Below are positions 61,354 through 64,000 of a stretch of DNA of 64,000 bases, one piece after another. The stretch lies in IMG/VR virus record IMGVR_UViG_3300044771_000072, one strand, 5' to 3'. Position 1 is the stretch's first letter; each line of letters opens with the position of its first letter. Position numbers and translations under genes: made by a program. Origin of the DNA: a virus. The notes beneath the pieces are model-generated. The model was not told the DNA's origin. It did no database searches and saw only the letters and a list, made by a program, of their open reading frames with translations.

Positions 61354-61427
61354 AATTTGGCTTTCGTTCTCGACTTCCGATACCCTCCCGACTTCCACAC
61401 CGCACCCCATAAAGGGAGGTTTTCGCT

Positions 61428-61850
61428 ATGGCTGATTTCGCACAAACTGCAGGTTCCGCTCCCACGCTGGCTCACCCCAGCACCTTCGCGCCGGTAGCTG
61501 GTATCGGCTTCCCCGTCGGCACGCCCGTCTACACCAGCAGCGCAGGCGTGGCCGGCAAGGCCGCCGCGACCTTGGTGGGCGGCGCAGCGTTCTGCACGGG
61601 TCTTGCGCGATCGCAAGGGATCGTGACGGAGCGCTTTCTTGCGCAGTACGCCGACGTGCTCGAGCTCACCGCAGCAGAATGGGATGCGGTCGCTGGCACC
61701 GCCGGGGGCCTCACGCCCGGCGCTCCCTACTACCTGTCGGACACGCCGGGGCAGATCACGGGCGTGTCTCCGGTGGTCAAGGCGCCGATCGGCACCGCGA
61801 TCTCGGCCACGGAGCTGCTGATCCAGATCACGTTCCCGCTCAACGCGTAA
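61428..61850 (+). CDS. Beta-rich virion decoration/cement-like protein
   Basis: GGLTPGAPYYLSDTPGQIT...IGTAISATELLI; GGGAGG RBS. Confidence 0.6.
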   Translation: MADFAQTAGSAPTLAHPSTFAPVAGIGFPVGTPVYTSSAGVAGKAAATLVGGAAFCTGLARSQGIVTERFLAQYADVLELTAAEWDAVAGTAGGLTPGAPYYLSDTPGQITGVSPVVKAPIGTAISATELLIQITFPLNA

Positions 61851-61876
61851 GGCACCTTCGCCCGAAAAGAGATCCC

Positions 61877-62311
61877 ATGGCCGATCACAACACGCCTGCA
61901 GGCCCCGGCGTCAAGGCGCACCCGAGCACCTTCTCGCCGGTGGCAGCCTTTGATTATCCTGTCGGCACGCCCGTCGCCATCGATGATGACGGCGGCCTGG
62001 CCGGACCGGCCAATGCTGCGAATGAGCCCACCTGCGTGGGGCTCGCGCGCACGCGCGGTGTCACGGGCGAGCGCACGATCACCCAGTACGGGGACGTGCT
62101 GCAGCTGACGGCCGCCGAGTGGAACACGGTGGGCACGGGTGCCGGTGGCCTCCTGGACGGGCTGGCCTACTACCTGTCCGAGACCCCTGGGCAGATCACT
62201 GCCACCCCCCCGGTCACCGCGCAGTCGTGGGTAGTCCCCCTAGGGATCGCTGTCTCGAACACCGAGCTGCTGATCTTGCTCGGCATTGGCACCCTGGTTC
62301 CGATCGGCTGA
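61877..62311 (+). CDS. Tandem paralogue of 61428-61850
   Basis: AHPSTFSPVA, PVGTPV, GLAR, LTAAEW, YYLSETPGQIT. Confidence 0.65.
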   Translation: MADHNTPAGPGVKAHPSTFSPVAAFDYPVGTPVAIDDDGGLAGPANAANEPTCVGLARTRGVTGERTITQYGDVLQLTAAEWNTVGTGAGGLLDGLAYYLSETPGQITATPPVTAQSWVVPLGIAVSNTELLILLGIGTLVPIG

Positions 62312-63792
62312 TGCCCGCCATCCCCGACATCACGGCACTTCGCTACGCGCTTGATGGCGCGCGCGCGAATCGCGAGTCGTTCGCGCTAGCGCTCGCGGAT
62401 CTGCAACAGCGTGGTGCTGCGATCGCAGAAGTGGCCGCGTCCCAGCTGCGGCTCTCCGCGGCCGAGGCGAAAGTGGCGTTGGCCGAGGCGGCGGTTGCAC
62501 GCGCCATTGAAGGATCACCCACCGTGACAATGGACGCAACGCCCGAGGTGCTGAACCAGGAGACGAACGCACGCTTCTGGGCGCAGACGAACTACAAGCC
62601 TGGCAAGAAGCTCGACATGGCGGATCCGCACGACAAGGCGATGGCCAAGGTGTGGAAGACCATCTACGCGGCGGTCAAGGAGGAGGCCGCCGCAGGGCGC
62701 CTCGTGACGACGTACGATCATCCGCAGGTCGCGCAACATCTCGAGGATGCGTCCGTGGCCAGTCAGGCGGCGGAGATCCATCGGGAGGCCGCGGTCAAGG
62801 CACCATCGCCACAAGCCGCTGCAGAGCACACTGCGGCCGCGGAGATGGCGAAGCAGATTGGCGAGCAGCGCGCGCAGGCAGCCTCTGAGCTGCAGCCCGC
62901 TGCCGCGCAGCCGCAGCTCACGCCATCGCAGCGCGTGGCACCCCCCGACAAGAACGTGGCTGAGCTCCGCACGAAGATCACGAAGCTCGTGCAATCGAGG
63001 TTCGGCGGGTCGTACAAGAACTTGTTCGATCACTACGGCAAGGGCGGCGCGGCCGACAAGGTGGCGCTGACCAAGTTGTTCGAGGACGCAGACATCGGCA
63101 ACGTGCTCACGCGAGGAATGTGGGCCGATGGCGTGATGGGCCGCGTGGACGCGAACCACGACGGTCGGATCTCGTGGGACGAGTTCGCGGCCGTCGTCGA
63201 TCCGCAGCCCGGCGCGCCGGTACGTCCGGTTCCGACGCGTACTGTGCCGCGTCCGAGCGCGTCGCCGCGCGCCTCCGTGACGCCACCGAAGGTGTCCCCG
63301 CGCGCCGACGTGGATACACGAAAGGTCATCGTGCCGACGTTCACGCCGCCCCGCGGTGAGTGGCAGCTCTCGGACTTCGAGCGTGCCGGCGATCAGGCAT
63401 TTGCCGCCTCGGGGGCGACATCGGCCGTCGTCGCATTCGATCGTAACGGCGAAGCACCGTCGACGACGACGTTCCCCGCGTACGAGGATGCCTCGGCCGC
63501 CTACGACATGGCAGTCGCCGATCCGGGCCAGCGCTGGTACCTCGCGCTGTACGGTCAAGGCGGGCGACGAGATCAGACGTACATCGGTCCAGTGCACACC
63601 GAGCATACGAGCCTCGTGGAGCGCCCCGTGGCACGGATCGTCGAGCGCGAGCGGATCGTGCGCGAGAAGACGGGCCTGTCCGGGGGCGCCAAGATCGCGC
63701 TCGGAGTGGCAGGCCTCGCGGCCGCGCTGGGGATCGGATACGCGATCTCTCGTGGCGGCACTACGCCTCCCCGGAGTAAACTACGTCGATGA
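62311..63792 (+). CDS. Modular membrane-anchored protein with ETNARFW domain and EF-hand
   Basis: DANHDGRISWDE loop; C-terminal TM plus basic tail. Confidence 0.8.
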   Translation: MPAIPDITALRYALDGARANRESFALALADLQQRGAAIAEVAASQLRLSAAEAKVALAEAAVARAIEGSPTVTMDATPEVLNQETNARFWAQTNYKPGKKLDMADPHDKAMAKVWKTIYAAVKEEAAAGRLVTTYDHPQVAQHLEDASVASQAAEIHREAAVKAPSPQAAAEHTAAAEMAKQIGEQRAQAASELQPAAAQPQLTPSQRVAPPDKNVAELRTKITKLVQSRFGGSYKNLFDHYGKGGAADKVALTKLFEDADIGNVLTRGMWADGVMGRVDANHDGRISWDEFAAVVDPQPGAPVRPVPTRTVPRPSASPRASVTPPKVSPRADVDTRKVIVPTFTPPRGEWQLSDFERAGDQAFAASGATSAVVAFDRNGEAPSTTTFPAYEDASAAYDMAVADPGQRWYLALYGQGGRRDQTYIGPVHTEHTSLVERPVARIVERERIVREKTGLSGGAKIALGVAGLAAALGIGYAISRGGTTPPRSKLRR

Positions 63793-64000
63793 GCAGGGGC
63801 TACTCGAATCGTTTTCCGCGTACGGGAGCCCTCGCCAATCGTCCGATCTATCCCGGCGACGGATATCCGCCCAACCCGGGCGAAGATCGCGAAGGGCTCT
63901 CGCCCTTCGGGCGGCTTGCAAAGGGACAGCCGCTCGGCAAGTCGTCGATCTTGATCTACAACGGCTCCGGCGCCGATCGGCAACCCTCTGCCGTGGACAT
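63789..64000 (+). CDS. Partial ORF (MSRGYSNRF...), runs off window end
   Basis: ATGA overlap; frame open to 64000. Confidence 0.6.
   Translation, partial: MSRGYSNRFPRTGALANRPIYPGDGYPPNPGEDREGLSPFGRLAKGQPLGKSSILIYNGSGADRQPSAVD

Noticed and set aside
1..64000. Integrase/att sites, terminase, portal and tail genes
   Set aside because: No matching motifs in any ORF; absence applies only to this window

Overview
The whole window looks like part of one GC-rich dsDNA phage genome: dense ORFs with ATGA/GTGA overlaps, and no host housekeeping genes, rRNA, tRNA, CRISPR or integrase seen. Layout: (+) 1-8.4 kb small ORFs; (-) 8.6-12.3 kb regulators and RNA/nucleotide enzymes; (+) 12.5-14.6 kb possible lysis cassette; (-) 14.6-39.7 kb replication and nucleotide metabolism (resolvase, HAD enzymes, family A polymerase, UDG-like protein, Dda-like and SNF2 helicases, SSB-like protein, HerA-type ATPase, MTase-like protein); (+) a primase-helicase split by a one-base frameshift; an origin-like intergenic region near 44 kb; and a (+) late/structural block from 47 kb to beyond the window end. 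The late block has no recognisable terminase, portal, HK97 capsid or tail gene. It does have two genes sharing an identical ~140-aa beta-rich C-terminal domain (candidate single jelly-roll capsid proteins), a transglutaminase-like cysteine protease with an intein inserted at its catalytic Cys, many membrane-anchored proteins, and recurring [VI]G|A putative processing sites. My inference is a large tailless, membrane-containing phage, probably of a myxobacterial host. Two other signals stand out: a portable K-T-x-A-Q-L-D-A-E-I-A-A-x-L peptide on six unrelated small proteins (candidate virion cargo/targeting tag), and a third, diverged capsid-like paralogue inside the replication region. All family calls come from motif recognition by eye; no database searches were run.
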